The notes under the pieces are model-generated. The model saw nothing but the letters and a program-made list of their open reading frames with translations, was not told where the DNA came from and searched no databases. 64,000 nucleotides of DNA, taken from assembly GCF_021028975.2 (NCBI RefSeq), contig NC_059426.1, positions 143,158,001-143,222,000 on the forward strand. The letters run 5' to 3'. This document shows positions 61,235 to 64,000 of the stretch, in pieces. The position numbers were made by a program, and so were the translations under genes. Position 1 is the stretch's first letter, and every line of letters begins with the position of its first letter. Origin of the DNA: Sphaerodactylus townsendi (Eukaryota).

Positions 61235-63378
61235 TGAACTGGGCACTGCAATTGTGCAACATGGAAGGAACTTGCAACTCATCTCTGACTGTTACACAGG
61301 GTGAGGGCCCCAAATCCAACCTGTGTAATCTGTAATGTGAGAATTGGCTGACCTGGATAGAGTAGTTTGTTCAAGGCTTTCTAGTATGTTTTTGTCTGCT
61401 AATCAATATCTTATGTTCAAGACTGAATCCCTGTGTCATATTTTTTAAAGACGTGTGGCCTTTTTAGGTGTCATGTTTGTATATGTAGATGCATAAAAGC
61501 CAACGTTCAAGAGAGCTAATACTATGTAGTGGGTGTTAGACGAGGCATGGGGAGACCCTGGATTTAAACCCTTACTCTCCAATAAAATTTGTTATGTGGA
61601 CCAGTCAATTTCTGTTTCATTTCATATTTAATTTATATCCTGCCCTCAGCCCTCCCCACAGGGCTGTTGCAGGGGTAAATGTGAGGAGAGAAGAGAACCA
61701 TTTCTGCTATCTTGAGAGGAGAAGGGTGGGATAAAAATGTGCTAGGCAGAAAGCAAAATTTGCTTTGGGTCCTTCTTCCCTTACTAGAAAGTGCTGGAAT
61801 TTAACCTCTTAGCAAAAGCAGTTTTACTCCAGTTTTGTGTCTTCCAGCAGCCAGGCCAGCTCAAGCCTTCTCCCAATGCATCTTTGCTGGTACAATAAAG
61901 TTACAAATGTGTGATATTGTGCCTTCCATGTGGCTTTGTGTTTTCATCAGAACTGCTTTTGTGATCCACCTTCTCCTGATCCACCTTTGACTGAAATTTT
62001 GCTGATTTTTCTCTTTTGTTTTATTCCCTCCAGTCTTTAGAAAGAATATTTTATATATTTCCTTTATTTTATTTTCTCAGTTTGTCGCACTTTTGTGTGT
62101 AGTAGATTGGTTCTATTGAATCTTTCACTAAGTATGTTTCTGGATGCTTTTGGGTATTAACAGTATAACTCTAAATGGAGTTGCACCCTTCTAGGTTCAT
62201 TGTAACTCTGATTAGGATTGCAATTCTTGCCCCAAAGTCACCAAATAAAAGGTACCTGTTCTAACCACCTAAGAAGAGGGACACTTTGACTGGTCCTTGT
62301 ATATTGAAACACTTATGTAATTGTCTTTGTCTTGGAACAGCTTGGATGCCAAGAGTAAAAAGAGCCCTATGGGGGAGAGTGGCATATAAGTTTAATAATA
62401 ATAATTGGCCCACGGTGGTGATTCAAAGGCTCTAGGAGTTCTTGGTTATTAATTAAGTACATTTATTTTATCACAAGACACATCTCAGTCTAAACAGCAG
62501 GTGTGTGGCCACTCAGCTCTGGTTAAGCCGGATCTTGTGACATTTCTAGGCAGTATCTAACACCGTGTTGGTGCTAAACAAGTATTAAATAGTAGACTCA
62601 TTTAACTTTAGACTTCAGCGTGACTCTCAGGAGTGTACATGCATCTTTTAAAAAGTCACACAAGAAACAGCCCTGAGGTCCATTACTGAAGTTGCAGTTG
62701 CTTCATATAACATCCTCTTGCCATAAAACAAATGCTGTGTTTCTTGGAAATTCACTGCCCCACCTATGCCTGCTGGTAGTCTTGAGAAATGTGGGGTATA
62801 AATTTAAATAATAAAACCAATGCTTATCTCTGGCATTTGGAATGTATTTAATTTTAGTTTTTTTAAAAAAAAATTATTGACATTTATAGTCTTCCTTTCT
62901 TACTGGAACTCCAGGCAGATTACACAGAGTAAGTCATTCAAATCAACAAGATGGGACAGGCGAGAGTAAATAGGATTTGGGATCAGATACAACCAAAAAT
63001 ATAAAAACAGAACTCAAGCATAGCAAATTGTTAGCATGATGCATTAAACGAATCAAAATTGCATAGTAGGATCCAGCTGATAGCAAACAATACACAGTAG
63101 TATAGAGCACAGTCCCTAATAATTTACACTGTGAACTTCTTCATGCAGTGCTGCAATAGCATCTGCATAGAAAAATCCTCTTGTGCTTGTATATTGCTTT
63201 CAAGTGTTTAAAGGATGCATTAACAATGTACATTATTTTTGTAGTGCTTACAACAGCCTTGTAAGGGAGATCAGTTTTTAATCCTAGTATGGCAATGGCC
63301 TGGAACTTGTCTGAGGCTGCTTACTTTTCTGAGGCAGTTATGAAAACTGAACTTGTCTGAGGCAGTTATGAAAACTGA

Positions 63379-63684
63379 GGAGCAGCAGTGGCGTAGGAGG
63401 TTAAGAGCTCGTATATCTAATCTGGAGGAACCGGGTTTGATTCTCCGCTCTGCTGCCTGAGCTGTGGAGGCTTATCTGGGGAATTCAGATTAGCCTTTGC
63501 ACTCCCACTCACGCCAGCTGGGTGACCTTGGGCTAGTCACAGCTTCTCGGAGCTCTCTCAGCCCCACCTACCTCACAGGGTGTTTGTTGTGAGGGGGGAA
63601 GGGCAAGGAGATTGTAAGCCCCTTTGAGTCTCCTACAGGAGAGAAAGGGGGGATATAAATCCAAACTCTTCTTCTTCTTCTTCT
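63379..63684 (+). mobile_element. Squam3-like SINE, full-length and young
   Basis: tRNA-like A box (tggcgtaggaggttaag) and B box (ggtttgattc), CORE-like body, L2-like 3' end, (CTT)n tail. Confidence 0.93.
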
Positions 63685-63949
63685 TACTAAGTACATGGCA
63701 CAGGGAAGATCAGAACCAGGGACTTTAGTACCATGAGGCAAATCTGTATGTGTGGCTGGAGCTCCCAGTGGCTTTTTTAAAGTGAAGACCTAATCCAAAT
63801 CTGAGCTGCAGATTTGGGTGGGGGCGGTTAAGCCCTTCTCTGTGTCACAGCCCGAGCCTAAAATTGGGATTCCCAACCTCCAGGTGAGAGCTGGCAACAG
63901 ATCTCCAGACTGCATAGATCACTTATTTATTTAAAACATGTATTCTACT

Positions 63950-64000
63950 CAGTGGCGTACCTAGGCAAACTGGAGCCTTGGGCAAAACCTGAGTTTGATT
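63950..64000 (+). mobile_element. Left end of another CAGTGGCGTACCTAGG hAT element (cut by the window edge)
   Basis: cagtggcgtacctaggcaaactggagcc...aaaacctgagtttgat, matching 5767 onward. Confidence 0.88.

Noticed and set aside
63379-63450. tRNA-like A/B boxes
   Set aside because: SINE heads; no cloverleaf or acceptor stem supports a tRNA gene.
1-64000. Remaining 60-200-aa ORFs and any novel multi-gene or viral system
   Set aside because: No recognisable domains or exon structure; many start at non-ATG codons or lie in repeats. No gag/pol/env or other viral motifs seen.

Overview
Vertebrate genomic DNA, most consistent with a gecko or other squamate judging by the repeat families (Squam3-like SINEs with (CTT)n/(ACT)n tails, 5S/Sauria-like SINEs, CR1, L2, Penelope-like elements, hAT MITEs, Helitrons). 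The only host coding sequence I can support is one 410-bp + strand exon (53191-53600) of the orphan nuclear receptor ESRRB, encoding the N-terminal domain and first zinc finger. The rest is upstream/intronic DNA dense in transposable elements, with three N gaps and several repeat-free blocks that look like conserved enhancers. I see no novel multi-gene system. The most interesting signals are: (1) a TSD-flanked, 143-bp-arm palindromic Penelope-like element carrying two opposing minimal hammerhead ribozymes; (2) a Neptune-type Penelope insertion with a twin-priming-like inversion whose breakpoint lies at its ribozyme; (3) a SPIN-like MITE and a Helitron from families known for horizontal transfer; (4) an unclassified hairpin-rich GC-rich element near 31.7-32.2 kb beside a candidate alternative ESRRB 5' exon. 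Family names come from recalled consensus sequences and were not checked against databases.
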